Assembly (NCBI GenBank): GCA_035285545.1
Contig: JAYKGY010000022.1
Location: 1-64,000 of the forward strand
Source: Snowella sp.
GTDB taxonomy: Bacteria > Cyanobacteriota > Cyanobacteriia > Cyanobacteriales > Microcystaceae
Length of the DNA stretch: 64,000 nt
Direction: 5' to 3'
Shown here: positions 1 to 10,777 of the stretch, piece by piece
Position numbering within the stretch: the first letter of the stretch is position 1
Layout: every line of letters begins with the position of its first letter
Position numbers and translations under genes: made by a program
Notes under the pieces: generated by a model
The model's database searches: none
Told to the model about the DNA's origin: nothing
The model's input: only the letters and a program-made list of their open reading frames with translations

Positions 1-172
1 TAACTTTTTCATCTGTACACATTAATATCAGAAAAATTTCTTGCTCTTCTTGTATGATATTTTGTACACTAATTTGAGGCAATTTAAGAAGATTTTCGAG
101 AAAGTACAACATAGTTCAGTCCTCATACAATGTATACCATTATACACTTCTCACTGCTAACCGCGGAGAACC
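1..172 (-). mobile_element. Left end of an ISL3-family insertion sequence (continues beyond window start)
   Basis: Minus strand begins GGTTCTCCGCGG at 172, an ISL3-type GG(T/C)TCT terminus, exactly where brnT homology stops. It is followed by TATAAT, a GAGG RBS and a transposase-like ORF. Confidence 0.75.
2..112 (-). CDS. ISL3-family transposase, N-terminal fragment (partial, not in the ORF track)
   Basis: ATG at 112 gives MLYFLENLLKLPQISVQNIIQEEQEIFLILMCTDEKV..., resembling the LL-x-LP N-terminus that precedes the zinc finger in cyanobacterial ISL3 transposases. Confidence 0.7.
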   Translation of the reverse strand, partial: MLYFLENLLKLPQISVQNIIQEEQEIFLILMCTDEKV

Positions 173-371
173 CTCTTACTGTATAAACAACTGTTAAAAA
201 TATAAATCGCTGGTTGCGGCCAATTGCAATAAAACGCTCTTCTCCGTAATCAAGACGGCTATCAAGCATTTCATAAATGGGATAAAGAAAAATCTCAGTC
301 GCCTCATCAAAGGTAATTTGATGTTTTTGCCAGTTGAGATCCGCTTTGTTACTATCCCATTCAAACTCCAT
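173..371 (-). pseudogene. brnT: BrnT-family toxin, 3'-truncated by the IS insertion
   Basis: MEFEWDSNKA..N..KH.I.F..A...F......D.R.DYGEER...IG is BrnT/DUF497. The expected C-terminal RIISAR motif is replaced by IS-derived sequence after TVRG. Confidence 0.8.
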
Positions 372-398
372 TGTAAATGATTACCTATTTTACTTAAT

Positions 399-3300
399 CT
401 AAGCACTAAAATATTTCGCGATAGGATGATAGGTAATAATTGCCGTTGTGGATTGTTCAGGATAAATTTGTTCACTTTCATCCATATAGAGATTAATCCG
501 GTCAGTTTGTAATAACTCCAACTGTTTATATTGATCCTGAATATTAGGACAAGCAGGATAGCCAAAACTATAACGAGAGCCTTGATAACGCTGTTGTAAA
601 ATATCCCGAATATTATCTGGCTCGCGATCGCCAAAACCGAGTTCATGACGGACTCTGGCGTGTGTCCATTCCGCAAGTGCCTCAGCCATTTGTACAGCCA
701 TCCCGTGATAGTAAAGATAATCCGTGTATTCATTGCCATCAAACAGCTTTTTGGCGTACTCTGTAGCCACTTCTCCCACCGTTACCGCTTGCATGGGGAA
801 GACATCGGTAATACCCGATTCTTTGGGGGCGAAAAAGTCTGCAATACAGAGGCGACGACCGGATTTTTGACGCGGGAAGGTAAAGGTAACAACAGGCTCT
901 AGATCCGCAGGAATTTGGCCATTATTATTTTTAACAGCTTCAGAATCATAAATGTGCAGTGAATTGCCTTCGGATTGGCAGGGGAAATAGCCATAAATTA
1001 CCGTTGGATGTAAGAGATTATCCGCAATTACTTTAGCTTTCCACTCCGCAAGAATAGGATGCACTTTTTCCTGCAAAAATTGATCGTATTCTTCCCGTGA
1101 TTGCTCTTTCGGTTTGCGGAATTGCCACTGCCCAACAAAGAGAGCTTGTAAATCTAAATAGGGAAAAATTTCCTCAATCGGAATTTCAGTTTGCGTCAGA
1201 ATTTGGGTTCCCCAGAAAGGCGGAACAGGGCGGGGAATATCGACTTCAACGGCTTCTGAGCGACGAGTATCAATCACCTCTGGTTCAGTTGGTGCATCCG
1301 TCGCATCAATTAATTTTTCATCAGCAATACCAAAGTTTGTTTTTTGACCGTTATCTTCTTCAGTATCATTTTTGGATTCGGCAAATTCACCTAAAAAGCC
1401 TGTAATATCATCCCATGAGTTTTGAGATTTCGCAGGCATTAATTTATCCATAAAATGCAAGTCAGAAAAGGCATCTTTTCCATAAATCACTTGACCTTTA
1501 TAGGTATTCTGACAATCCTGATGAACAAATTTAGGGGTTAAAGCCGCACCACCTAGAATGACTGGAACCGTAATGCCTTGTTCATTAAAAACCTCTAAAT
1601 TTTCCTTCATGAAAGCGGTGGATTTGACTAACAAACCACTCATGGCAATACAGTCAGGTTTATGTTCTTTGTAGGCTTCAATAATATTTTCGACAGGTTG
1701 TTTAATGCCTAAATTAATAACTTTGTAACCGTTATTAGAAAGAATGATATCAACTAAGTTTTTACCAATATCGTGAACATCACCTTTAACCGTTGCGATC
1801 ACAAAGGTTCCCTTGGCATTTCCATCACTTTCAGATTTTTCCATAAACGGTTCGAGGTAAGCCACCGCTGCTTTCATGGTCTGGGCAGACTGTAAAACGA
1901 AGGGTAATTGCATTTGACCAGAGCCAAATAATTCGCCCACCACTTTCATGCCATCGAGGAGGAAAACATTAATAATTTCTAAGGGAGGGTACTGTTGCAA
2001 GGCTTCGGCTAAGGCTTCTTCTAGTCCCAATCGTTCCCCATCAATAATGTGTTGGGTGAGGCGTTTTTCTACGGGTAAATCGGCATCGGCTGACTTATCC
2101 CGTTTGGTGGTTTTGCCTTCAAATAGCGTAGTGAGTTTAGTCAGGGGATCGTAGGTGCAAACCTCTCCTTCAAACTGACGATTATCAAAGATCAAATCAC
2201 GACAAACTTGCTGATGTTCGGGATCAATTTTCGCTAGGGGTAGAATTTTATTGGCACTCACGATCGCCGCATCCATCCCGACCACCATACATTCATGGAG
2301 AAAGATGGAATTTAAGACCTGACGAGCCGCAGGATTTAAACCAAAGGAAACATTGGAAACCCCTAATAAAATATGACAACCTGGCAATTCTTCCCGAATA
2401 CGACGAATCGCTTCTACCGTTGCTTTGCCGTTTTCACGATCTTCTTCAATCCCTGTGGAAATGGGAAGGGCTAAGGGATCAAAAAAGATCTCATGGGCAG
2501 GAATCCCATAGGCGATCGCGGCATCATAGGCCCGTTTAGCAATGGCAAATTTCTTATCGGCGGTACGACCCATCCCTTCTTCATCAATGGTTCCAACGAC
2601 GATCCCTGCTCCGTACTGCTTAGCCAAATCAAGAACTTTATAGAACCGTTCCTCTCCGTCTTCGTAGTTGGTAGAGTTGAGGATACATTTACCCCCCGCA
2701 ACCTTTAGCCCCGCTTCCATCTTTTGCCACTCGGTCGAGTCCAGCATCAACGGCAGCGTAACGTTATTCACTAAACGGGAAGCCAGTTCGTGCATATCCC
2801 GTTCCCCATCGCGTCCGACGTAATCCACATTGACATCAAGAACATGCGCGCCTTCTTTGACCTGGGCTTTGGCCATTGATACCAAACTATCCCAGTCTTC
2901 CGCATTGAGCAGATCACGACATTTTTTGGAACCACTGGCATTCAGGCGTTCACCGACAATCAGAAAAGAGTTGTCTTGAATATAGGACTGGGTTGTGTAA
3001 ATTGACGCTGCTGAAGGTTCGTACTGGGGTTTGCGTTCTTTTGGCGTTAAGTCTTTGGCAATGTCAGCTAGGGCTTTAATGTGATCGGGACGAGTTCCAC
3101 AACACCCCCCAATAATTTGTACTCCTAAGTCTTCAATGAAGTGCATTAACGCCATCTGCAATTCCACAGGTGTTAGGCGATAAAAAGCTTGCCCGCCCAC
3201 GTTTTCGGGTAAACCTGCGTTGGGAATACAGGAAACGATGAAAGGGGAATGTTCCGACAAATATTTAATATGTTCCTTCATTTTGTCGGGGCCTGTGGCG

Positions 3301-3983
3301 CAATTTAACCCCAAAATATCAATTTTATAGGGTTCTAAAATCGCTAAAGCCGCGCCAATTTCTGTTCCCACCAGCATCGTTCCCATGACTTCCATCGTCA
3401 CCGAAACCATAATCGGTAAGCGATCGCCTTTTTGCTCAAAGACTTCCTCAATGGCATTTAAGGCCGCTTTAATTTGTAAAACGTCCTGACAGGTTTCCAC
3501 TAACAGGAGATCAACCCCACCGTCATATAAGCCTTGCACCTGCTCAACATAGGCATTTTTCAACGTATCGTAGTCAATATGGCCTAACGTGGGTAATTTT
3601 GTCCCTGGCCCCATTGAACCTGCCACAAATCGGGGCTTTTCGGGGGTAGAAAACTCCTGAGCAATACTTTTTGCTAATTCTGCTGCGGTTTTGTTGAGAT
3701 AGTACGCCTTATCCCCTAAATCGTATTCTGCCAAAACAATCGAGGTTCCCCCAAAGGTATCCGTTTCAACCACATCGGCCCCCGCTTCAAAAAATCCCCG
3801 ATGAACAGTCGCAACGGCTTCGGGTTTGGTATGGACTAAATATTCATTACACCCTTCGTATTCGGGGCCCCCAAAGTCTGCGGCGGTCAAGTTTTGAACT
3901 TGCAAATTGGTTCCCATCGCACCATCAAATACCAAAACAGGGCGATTGGGGCTATTTAGGCGATCCAGAAAGGTACTTTTCAT
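399..3983 (-). CDS. metH: Cobalamin-dependent methionine synthase
   Basis: DGAMGT, GLNCA, GGCCGT, B12-binding GDVHDIGKN and C-terminal [10 protein letters not shown]. The likely start is the ATG at 3983 (MKSTFLD). Confidence 0.97.
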   Translation of the reverse strand: MKSTFLDRLNSPNRPVLVFDGAMGTNLQVQNLTAADFGGPEYEGCNEYLVHTKPEAVATVHRGFFEAGADVVETDTFGGTSIVLAEYDLGDKAYYLNKTAAELAKSIAQEFSTPEKPRFVAGSMGPGTKLPTLGHIDYDTLKNAYVEQVQGLYDGGVDLLLVETCQDVLQIKAALNAIEEVFEQKGDRLPIMVSVTMEVMGTMLVGTEIGAALAILEPYKIDILGLNCATGPDKMKEHIKYLSEHSPFIVSCIPNAGLPENVGGQAFYRLTPVELQMALMHFIEDLGVQIIGGCCGTRPDHIKALADIAKDLTPKERKPQYEPSAASIYTTQSYIQDNSFLIVGERLNASGSKKCRDLLNAEDWDSLVSMAKAQVKEGAHVLDVNVDYVGRDGERDMHELASRLVNNVTLPLMLDSTEWQKMEAGLKVAGGKCILNSTNYEDGEERFYKVLDLAKQYGAGIVVGTIDEEGMGRTADKKFAIAKRAYDAAIAYGIPAHEIFFDPLALPISTGIEEDRENGKATVEAIRRIREELPGCHILLGVSNVSFGLNPAARQVLNSIFLHECMVVGMDAAIVSANKILPLAKIDPEHQQVCRDLIFDNRQFEGEVCTYDPLTKLTTLFEGKTTKRDKSADADLPVEKRLTQHIIDGERLGLEEALAEALQQYPPLEIINVFLLDGMKVVGELFGSGQMQLPFVLQSAQTMKAAVAYLEPFMEKSESDGNAKGTFVIATVKGDVHDIGKNLVDIILSNNGYKVINLGIKQPVENIIEAYKEHKPDCIAMSGLLVKSTAFMKENLEVFNEQGITVPVILGGAALTPKFVHQDCQNTYKGQVIYGKDAFSDLHFMDKLMPAKSQNSWDDITGFLGEFAESKNDTEEDNGQKTNFGIADEKLIDATDAPTEPEVIDTRRSEAVEVDIPRPVPPFWGTQILTQTEIPIEEIFPYLDLQALFVGQWQFRKPKEQSREEYDQFLQEKVHPILAEWKAKVIADNLLHPTVIYGYFPCQSEGNSLHIYDSEAVKNNNGQIPADLEPVVTFTFPRQKSGRRLCIADFFAPKESGITDVFPMQAVTVGEVATEYAKKLFDGNEYTDYLYYHGMAVQMAEALAEWTHARVRHELGFGDREPDNIRDILQQRYQGSRYSFGYPACPNIQDQYKQLELLQTDRINLYMDESEQIYPEQSTTAIITYHPIAKYFSA
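624..631. repeat. HIP1 octamer (representative copy; recurs throughout the window)
   Basis: GCGATCGC occurs many times in coding and intergenic DNA. Confidence 0.9.
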
Positions 3984-4182
3984 GACAAACAAGGGTAGAC
4001 AGGTTAAGGGTAATTATAAAGGATGTTCTAGGAATGATGATACGGGGACGAAGCCAGTGACTGAGGAAATACCAAAGGACACCACCAAAATTAAGATTTT
4101 TGATCAATAGCTTCGATAACAAATCGCGTACTATTTTAGGATGAGTCATGCGTGAACTATTGTTATCCTAAATTCATTATCT

Positions 4183-4485
4183 ATGCAATTAACTCCCCAA
4201 GAAAAAGATAAACTGTTGATCTTTACGGCAGCACTCCTCGCAGAACGTCGTAAAGAACGAGGGTTAAAGTTGAATTACCCTGAAGCGATCGCCTATATTT
4301 CTGCTGCAATTCTAGAAGGCGCGAGGGAAGGCCGGACGGTAGCAGATTTGATGAACTATGGGGCAACTTTGTTAACTCGCAACGATGTGATGGAGGGGAT
4401 TGCGGAAATGATCCATGATGTTCAGGTAGAAGCCACTTTTCCTGATGGGACAAAATTAGTCACTGTCCACGATCCCATTCGCTAA
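4183..4485 (+). CDS. ureA: Urease subunit gamma
   Basis: [12 protein letters not shown]...[10 protein letters not shown]...[18 protein letters not shown]. Confidence 0.97.
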   Translation: MQLTPQEKDKLLIFTAALLAERRKERGLKLNYPEAIAYISAAILEGAREGRTVADLMNYGATLLTRNDVMEGIAEMIHDVQVEATFPDGTKLVTVHDPIR

Positions 4486-4545
4486 ACTAAGATTTTTACT
4501 GGTTACTCACTCTTAACTAATCCCTATCAACTATTCACTTAACTT

Positions 4546-4884
4546 ATGATTCCTGGCGAAATTATTCCTCAATCGGGTGATATTGAACTCAATGCCGGCC
4601 GAGAAACTCAACGGATTACGGTTTCCAATAGCGGCGATCGCCCCATCCAAGTCGGTTCCCATTTTCATTTTTATGAAGTTAACCCCGCACTGCAATTTGA
4701 TCGAGAAGTCGCAAGAGGAATGCGTTTAAATATTCCCGCAGGAACGGCCGTTCGTTTTGAGCCTGGCGATGAAAAAACAGTTGAATTAGTCAATTTTGCG
4801 GGGAGCCGAGAAATTTATGGGTTTAATAATTTAGTGGATGGCAAGCTAGATAAAAAGAAAAAGGATAAAAAAACGAAAAGTTAG
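4546..4884 (+). CDS. ureB: Urease subunit beta
   Basis: MIPGE...[17 protein letters not shown]...GTAVRFEPG, with a Lys-rich C-terminal tail. Confidence 0.97.
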   Translation: MIPGEIIPQSGDIELNAGRETQRITVSNSGDRPIQVGSHFHFYEVNPALQFDREVARGMRLNIPAGTAVRFEPGDEKTVELVNFAGSREIYGFNNLVDGKLDKKKKDKKTKS

Positions 4885-5051
4885 TCAATAAATTATGAAT
4901 CTGTTAATTGTTTAAACCTTACCCAAGTCAAGATCTTAAGAAACTTTCTACAGAGCTTTTAGTAAAACTTTCATGGGATTAAAAGGCATGATAACTGAGC
5001 TATTTTTGATTAAATAAAATTTGCCCTAATCGCAATTTAGGGATTGTTAAG

Positions 5052-6266
5052 ATGCCAGAAAAAAAGAAAATCAAAGCTATCGGAGCCAATCTTCTTTTAA
5101 GTTTAGGGAGTGTTTGTTTTGCTCTAGGCATTGCCGAAATTGGGTTACAAATCGCCGGAGTTTCCTATCCCAGTTTTTATCAAGTTGATCCCCACCGTGG
5201 CCATGCCTTGATTCCTAATTATTCGGCTTGGTGGATTAATGAAGGTAAGGGATATGTGGCGATTAATCGCGATGGTTTACGAGATGGAGAACATTCTGTT
5301 GCTAAACCGGAAAATACCTTTCGCATTGCAATTTTAGGGGATTCATTTTCTGAAGCCATTCAAGTTAATGCAGACGAGACTTTTTGGTCAGCGATAGAAA
5401 AACAATTACCCACCTGCGCCGCACTACAAGGTAAACAAGTAGAAGTGATTAATTTTGGTGTGGGAGATTACGGAACTGCCCAAGAGTTAATGACCCTAAA
5501 ACATCATGTTTGGAAATATCAACCGGATTTAGTCTTATTAGAAATTTTTACTGGCAACGATATTGTGAATAATTCTCAAGCCCTAAGTCCCAGCGATCGC
5601 TTTAGTCCCTTTTTAAAAAAGCAAGGGGATCAGTTTGTGATGGATTTATCGTTTAAGGACACCGAAACCTATCGCCGCCGAGATAGTTTTGCTCGCAGAT
5701 TTGTTTTTAATTTAATTAATCATTCTCGTGTGTTGCAAGTCATCAATGAAGCTAAAAGGGTGATAGGGACTCGTCAGACAATGGGGCAAAGGCAAACGGG
5801 TCAAGCTAAGCCGGATGATCTGATTCCTGCCTTAGATTTTGATGTCAATTTATACCAAGAACCGACTAACAAGGACTGGCAAGAAGCGTGGGAAGTAACG
5901 GAAGAATTAGTAAAACAGATCAATAACGAAGTGAAAACGAAAGGAGCTAATTTTGTCGCCCTTACCATTAGTAATCCGCCTCAAGTTTATCCTGATCTCC
6001 AAGTTCGAGAACGCCTCAAAGAATTAGGGGCAAAAAATTTATTCTATCCCGATCAACGAATTCAACAATTAGGGCAAGTAAACGGATTTACGGTTTTTAA
6101 TTTAGCTCCTGAAATGCAAACCTATGCTGATCAAAATCAAGTGCATTTACATGGTTTTGAGAATACTCGTTTAGGGGTTGGCCACTGGAATCGGAAAGGT
6201 CATGCAGTAGCAGGAAAGTTAATCACTGATAAGTTATGTCAGAAATTCAATCAATTTAATCAATAA
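5052..6266 (+). CDS. Membrane-anchored SGNH/GDSL hydrolase-family protein
   Basis: N-terminal TM helix, LGDSF block I, NFGVGDYG, GNDI and GHWN..GH block V. Confidence 0.8.
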   Translation: MPEKKKIKAIGANLLLSLGSVCFALGIAEIGLQIAGVSYPSFYQVDPHRGHALIPNYSAWWINEGKGYVAINRDGLRDGEHSVAKPENTFRIAILGDSFSEAIQVNADETFWSAIEKQLPTCAALQGKQVEVINFGVGDYGTAQELMTLKHHVWKYQPDLVLLEIFTGNDIVNNSQALSPSDRFSPFLKKQGDQFVMDLSFKDTETYRRRDSFARRFVFNLINHSRVLQVINEAKRVIGTRQTMGQRQTGQAKPDDLIPALDFDVNLYQEPTNKDWQEAWEVTEELVKQINNEVKTKGANFVALTISNPPQVYPDLQVRERLKELGAKNLFYPDQRIQQLGQVNGFTVFNLAPEMQTYADQNQVHLHGFENTRLGVGHWNRKGHAVAGKLITDKLCQKFNQFNQ

Positions 6267-6390
6267 TCAATTCCCTTGATCGCATCACCTTCAGTCGTAG
6301 AAAATAGCGGCTCTTTTTCAAGCATTGGCTGTAACCCATTATCGGTATTTCACTTTAACGAAAATCGCTTTGATACTGGATTCATTTTAT

Positions 6391-7233
6391 TTAAATAAAA
6401 CATAAAGCATCATCATTATTCGGGCAGAATTGTTGAGCAACGGGATTATTCCGTAGATAAATTTTGCTCAATTTTGGCATTTCGTACAGGGGAGCAACAT
6501 TTCTAATATTATTATTTGTTAGGGTTAACGTAGTCACGTTTTTCAGAGAACTTAAAGCCGTTAAGTTAGTAATCTGATTGCGTTCTAAATTCAATTGAAC
6601 GAGATTGTTTAAAGGGCTTAAGGGCGTTAAATCGGAAATTTGATTGTTAGCCAGATTGAGGTCAGTTAAATTGGTTAATGTGCTAATCGGTCGTAAATCA
6701 GAAATTTGATTACGGCCTAAGTAAAGTAAGGTTAAATTATTCAGGGAACTCAGGGGGGTTAGATCCTTAATTCGATTATTAAAAGCAAAGAGTCGGGTTA
6801 ATTGAGTTAGATTACTGAGGGGCTTTAAATCAGTAATTTGATTATTGCCGACAATTAGTTGATTGAGATTGGTAAGGGAACTTAAGGGGGTTAAATCTTT
6901 AATTTGATTGTTATATAGATTGAGTTGTCTGAGATTGGTTAAAGAAGCTAAAGGTGTTAAGTCACTAATATTTTGATTGCTGAGGTTGAGGGCAAAGGTT
7001 CGGGCAAGTTGGGAGCTGGCTTGCTGACAATCTTGGGTCTCTAGGTCGCTGAGAATTTGGTCAACGGTATTGCGGGCGGCAGGGGATAGGGTATTTTTTG
7101 TAGAACACCAATCTAAAAAAGTTTTGTTGGTCGGAGCCGCTTGGGAAGCGGTAAGCGTCGTTAATCCCAATATCGCGCTTAAAACGAGACTAGAACCGAG
7201 TTTGCAGTGATTCAGTAACATTCGTTCAATCAT
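6391..7233 (-). CDS. Secreted internalin-like leucine-rich repeat protein
   Basis: Signal peptide followed by about 8 tandem 22-aa LRRs (L..L.L..NQI.DL.PL..L). Confidence 0.9.
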   Translation of the reverse strand: MIERMLLNHCKLGSSLVLSAILGLTTLTASQAAPTNKTFLDWCSTKNTLSPAARNTVDQILSDLETQDCQQASSQLARTFALNLSNQNISDLTPLASLTNLRQLNLYNNQIKDLTPLSSLTNLNQLIVGNNQITDLKPLSNLTQLTRLFAFNNRIKDLTPLSSLNNLTLLYLGRNQISDLRPISTLTNLTDLNLANNQISDLTPLSPLNNLVQLNLERNQITNLTALSSLKNVTTLTLTNNNIRNVAPLYEMPKLSKIYLRNNPVAQQFCPNNDDALCFI

Positions 7234-7380
7234 TTGAGGGTAGCCATTGGTGTCGAAGGAATTATATCAGTCTGCTGAAGCTTTCCGATCAAATCCGTCC
7301 CTACTGGCAAAATGTCATTAGCTTTTTGAGCCTCATGAGTACGTTTCTATTCTATTAAAATTCGGTTACGGTTCTATTTA

Positions 7381-10029
7381 TTATGTTTCGCTGTCAGCGT
7401 CTAAAGCTCTTCTGATTAAAATGACTGTACTCGGAACTTGACTGGCAATTCTAGCCGGAATATTTCCGTGAATCACATTTTGCAATAATCCTTCGCGGCT
7501 TGCGCCTAACAGAATGGCATTACATCGTTGGCTATCCGCTAAATTAATAATGGCATCGGAAACCGATCGCGAACATAGGGGAATGGGCGTAATATTGTGG
7601 GATATTTTATTTCCTAATAATTTAGCAGCTTGAACTAAGTCGGTATAATCGTCTAATTGTTTATTGTGTAAATAGACTTTTGATAAGAGTAATTCAGGGG
7701 AATTGTTGGGGGGATAAAGCGATAACATTCCGGGTAAAAATTCCAGCGATCGCTGAATATTGGGGCCTCCTGCCATGGGAATTAACCAAGTGGCTTTTTG
7801 TTGTAATCCTTTGGGAAATGCGGTTGGGCTAGATCCTAACTTGACTAATAGGAGATCACAGGGCGCTTGTTCAATCATCCGATCCACCACACTGCCAAAA
7901 ATTGCTCCTTGACTACTGGTGTTTCCTTTCCAGCCCATGATTAGCAAATTAATTTGACGTTCTCGGATGGTTTCCAAAAGGGTTTCGGCAATATTATGGG
8001 CTAAGAGAATTTGAGTATGCACCGATACCTGACGATGGCGACCTAAGCGTTCCATGCGTTGCATTAACTTTCGGCTATCGAGGTTGGGTAGGGGAAATTC
8101 AGAAGGATGACGATGTTTGGGAGTGCTTAAGACCTGTAAACAGTCAATTTCGTATTGTTTATCCGCCGCGATCGCTGCTGCAATTTGAAACAACGCTGAG
8201 GCCGTGTAGGGATTAACCAACGGCAGTAAAATTCGACCTTCCCCGATAGCCGGCGCACGAGTTTGATAGGCCACATAGGAAGGACTGGGTTTAATGCTCA
8301 ATCCTCCACCTAATTGGGTCGCTTCCTCGCGAATAATATCGGTACGGGTAATAATCCCCACTAATTTTGTATTTTGTACAACGGGTAAACGGGAAAGTTG
8401 ATACCGATTCAACAGATACAACACATCACTCAAGGGTGCATTCGGATTTACGGTCACCGGATTGGGAGTCATGATGTCCCGCAGTGGGGTTTTGTCGGAA
8501 CGCTGGGTAGCATTGGCTAAATCGGTTTGGGTAAAAACGCCGACTAATTTACCGTCTTCAACGACCGGAAAACCACGATGATGGGAGCGAGACATAATCG
8601 GCAACACATCTGCAAGGGTGAGGTGGCTGGGTAAACTCTCAACCTGGGTTTGCATGACCTGAGAAGCGTGGAGGGTGAGTAGAAAGTTGCGATCAGGATT
8701 TTCTTCGGTGAGGCTAATGCCCTTGGCTTCTAATAAATGTTCGTACAGCGATCGCTTAAAAATACTTTCAGCCACAATATAGGAAATCGCACAGGACACC
8801 ATCAACGGCAAAATAATATTGAAATTTCCGGTTAGCTCAAACACAATGATGATCGCCGTCACCGGAACTCGCACAACGCCGGTAAAAAAAGCTCCCATCC
8901 CTGCTAGGGCAAAGGGGGCCGTAGATTGGGTCAGAGACAGTAAATTGCCAGCCTCCCCTACGAGGTAACCCAACGCTGCCCCCATAACTAAGGCAGGAGC
9001 AAACAATCCCCCAGGGGCATCGGAACTATAGGCCAACATTGTTAGGAAAAAATGGGCAAAAAAAGCCAGCACAATACTTTGCCAACTCAGTTCTCCCATC
9101 ATCACGAAATCTTTTAAACCCGCATTATCTCGAAAAAAGACGGGCATTAAAGCAATAAAACCACCTGAAATTAAGCCTGACAGCCCAAAACGCCAGGGCA
9201 TCGAGAAATTTAAACGACGATGGATCGTTTGCCCAAACAAGACCCCTCGATTAAATAACGCGCCTAATGTGCCGGCTAACGCCCCTAAAAATAGATAGAG
9301 GGGAATTTCCATTAAAGAAAACTGGATAGCTAGTAATTCGGCCGTTTTATGGGAAAAATTGAGATCGGTCGTTTGAAAAAACAGGGAAATCACCGCCCCG
9401 ACAAAGGAGGCAACGATCGCCGTTTCCAAGGTCAAGCCCGACACATCCCGCATCAATTCTTCAACAACAAACAAAACCCCAGCGATGGGGGTCGTAAAAC
9501 CGGCGGCGAGTCCTGCGGCGGCTCCTGCGGCAATCATCTGGCGGCGATGTTCAGGGGAGGTCGGTAACCATTTGCTTAATTGGGCGGCCAGAGCGGCTCC
9601 AATATGCACTGTCGGGGCCCGACGACCCAGGGTTAATCCGCCTCCTAAAATTAACACCGTTCCCACTAATTTTGCGATCGCGACTCGCCAGGATAAATCA
9701 ATGGGATAGCGTGCTAAGGCCGCTTTGACCTGGGGAATTCCCCCGCCCGCCGCCGCCGGAGAAAAGCGTTCAATAATCCAACCGGCTAACCATCCAAAAC
9801 TTAAACCCGCTAAGGGCAAAACCCAATGGGCCCCATAGTGATTGGCCGTTTGTAACCGCCAAGTACCTAACCAACCTACCCCTTCTTTGATGATCAAGGC
9901 CGCGATCGCGGAAAAGACCCCAATAATGCAGGCTTCTAAGAGGGCATAACGGCTGTCAATGGAATTACGTCCAAAATGACGGGATTTAAACCATGCATAG
10001 AGTTGTTTAGGAGATAGACTAAAGGACAT
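7381..10029 (-). CDS. ClC-family chloride channel/transporter with CBS pair and USP-like C-terminal domains
   Basis: GGGIP, GRRAP, GAAAGLAAGF, VVEE and GLFAP ClC motifs, two CBS domains and USP-like LLIMGW/LLGASR segments. Confidence 0.9.
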   Translation of the reverse strand: MSFSLSPKQLYAWFKSRHFGRNSIDSRYALLEACIIGVFSAIAALIIKEGVGWLGTWRLQTANHYGAHWVLPLAGLSFGWLAGWIIERFSPAAAGGGIPQVKAALARYPIDLSWRVAIAKLVGTVLILGGGLTLGRRAPTVHIGAALAAQLSKWLPTSPEHRRQMIAAGAAAGLAAGFTTPIAGVLFVVEELMRDVSGLTLETAIVASFVGAVISLFFQTTDLNFSHKTAELLAIQFSLMEIPLYLFLGALAGTLGALFNRGVLFGQTIHRRLNFSMPWRFGLSGLISGGFIALMPVFFRDNAGLKDFVMMGELSWQSIVLAFFAHFFLTMLAYSSDAPGGLFAPALVMGAALGYLVGEAGNLLSLTQSTAPFALAGMGAFFTGVVRVPVTAIIIVFELTGNFNIILPLMVSCAISYIVAESIFKRSLYEHLLEAKGISLTEENPDRNFLLTLHASQVMQTQVESLPSHLTLADVLPIMSRSHHRGFPVVEDGKLVGVFTQTDLANATQRSDKTPLRDIMTPNPVTVNPNAPLSDVLYLLNRYQLSRLPVVQNTKLVGIITRTDIIREEATQLGGGLSIKPSPSYVAYQTRAPAIGEGRILLPLVNPYTASALFQIAAAIAADKQYEIDCLQVLSTPKHRHPSEFPLPNLDSRKLMQRMERLGRHRQVSVHTQILLAHNIAETLLETIRERQINLLIMGWKGNTSSQGAIFGSVVDRMIEQAPCDLLLVKLGSSPTAFPKGLQQKATWLIPMAGGPNIQRSLEFLPGMLSLYPPNNSPELLLSKVYLHNKQLDDYTDLVQAAKLLGNKISHNITPIPLCSRSVSDAIINLADSQRCNAILLGASREGLLQNVIHGNIPARIASQVPSTVILIRRALDADSET

Positions 10030-10108
10030 TACAATAAAGGTTGGATAAATTGAACTGGATTTCTAAATCAATTACTCAAATACCTTACGGGATAACACAA
10101 TAAATCAA

Positions 10109-10621
10109 ATGAAACGCTGGATGTTACTGTTTTCGATCATGGGCCTAGTCAACCTAATCCCCCCCGTTCAGGCCGCTGAAAGAGTTGTTGTTAAGTATAG
10201 TGTTTTCCAAGAATCTTTGGCAGTTTCGGAATTAAGCAACCTCAGCCGAACAGGAGAAGTTTCCCCGACCCTACAAACCTATTTAGAAATGGCGAATAAA
10301 AAGCCCGAAGAGGTGCGCGATATTTTAAACTATGCCATTTCCGTCAATCCTGACCAGCTAAATCAAATGCTGAATAGTTTTGTGGGCAAATACATTCTGA
10401 ATAAAGCCGGAGAAGTGATTCAAAACCCGATCAGCCAAGCAAATAATAACGCGCTACGGGATGCCCTTGTTATTTCTGCCAATACGGAAAACGATATTCG
10501 TCTGATCGAAGTGTTGGAAAATTATCCGAGTCCAGAAGTTCAAATCAACGGCGATCGCCTGATGGAACTCTACCAACAATTTAAATCCGTCGCGGGGAAC
10601 ATTCCCAACCTACCGTTCTAA
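10109..10621 (+). CDS. Secreted DUF1400 (alpha/beta hydrolase-associated) family protein
   Basis: Signal peptide + AAERV..Y...., ALRDAL..SA, LIEVLENYPS.EV.I.G pattern typical of cyanobacterial DUF1400. Confidence 0.75.
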   Translation: MKRWMLLFSIMGLVNLIPPVQAAERVVVKYSVFQESLAVSELSNLSRTGEVSPTLQTYLEMANKKPEEVRDILNYAISVNPDQLNQMLNSFVGKYILNKAGEVIQNPISQANNNALRDALVISANTENDIRLIEVLENYPSPEVQINGDRLMELYQQFKSVAGNIPNLPF

Positions 10622-10777
10622 AGTGGGTAAAATTCTTAAGAAAATTTACATTTTGTAATTTTTCGTCGTTGTTTAGATAAGCTGACGTAATGATACAAAT
10701 CTTTATTAAACCTCCCCAATACTATAAACTAGCCAAAGTGGATTAGTCTTTTGAGTATTACGGAGTATATCATTGCA

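Noticed and set aside
123..172. C-terminal tail FSAVSSEKCIMVYIV of the 82-aa ORF as a novel BrnT variant
   Set aside because: It is read-through into the IS end.
194..2708. ORFs overlapping metH (194-742, 645-902, 1097-1405 etc.) and similar short ORFs inside other genes across the window
   Set aside because: Alternative-frame or antisense shadows of well-supported genes, with no motifs.
3984..4182. Possible cobalamin riboswitch or NtcA site in the metH/ureA spacer
   Set aside because: No B12-box or GTA-N8-TAC was recognisable.
4183..4884. ureA-ureB without ureC or accessory genes
   Set aside because: Urease genes are commonly dispersed in unicellular cyanobacteria.
6480..6990. Regular ~66-bp periodic repeats
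   Set aside because: They encode the 22-aa LRR units and are not a CRISPR array. No repeat-spacer array or cas gene was seen in the window.
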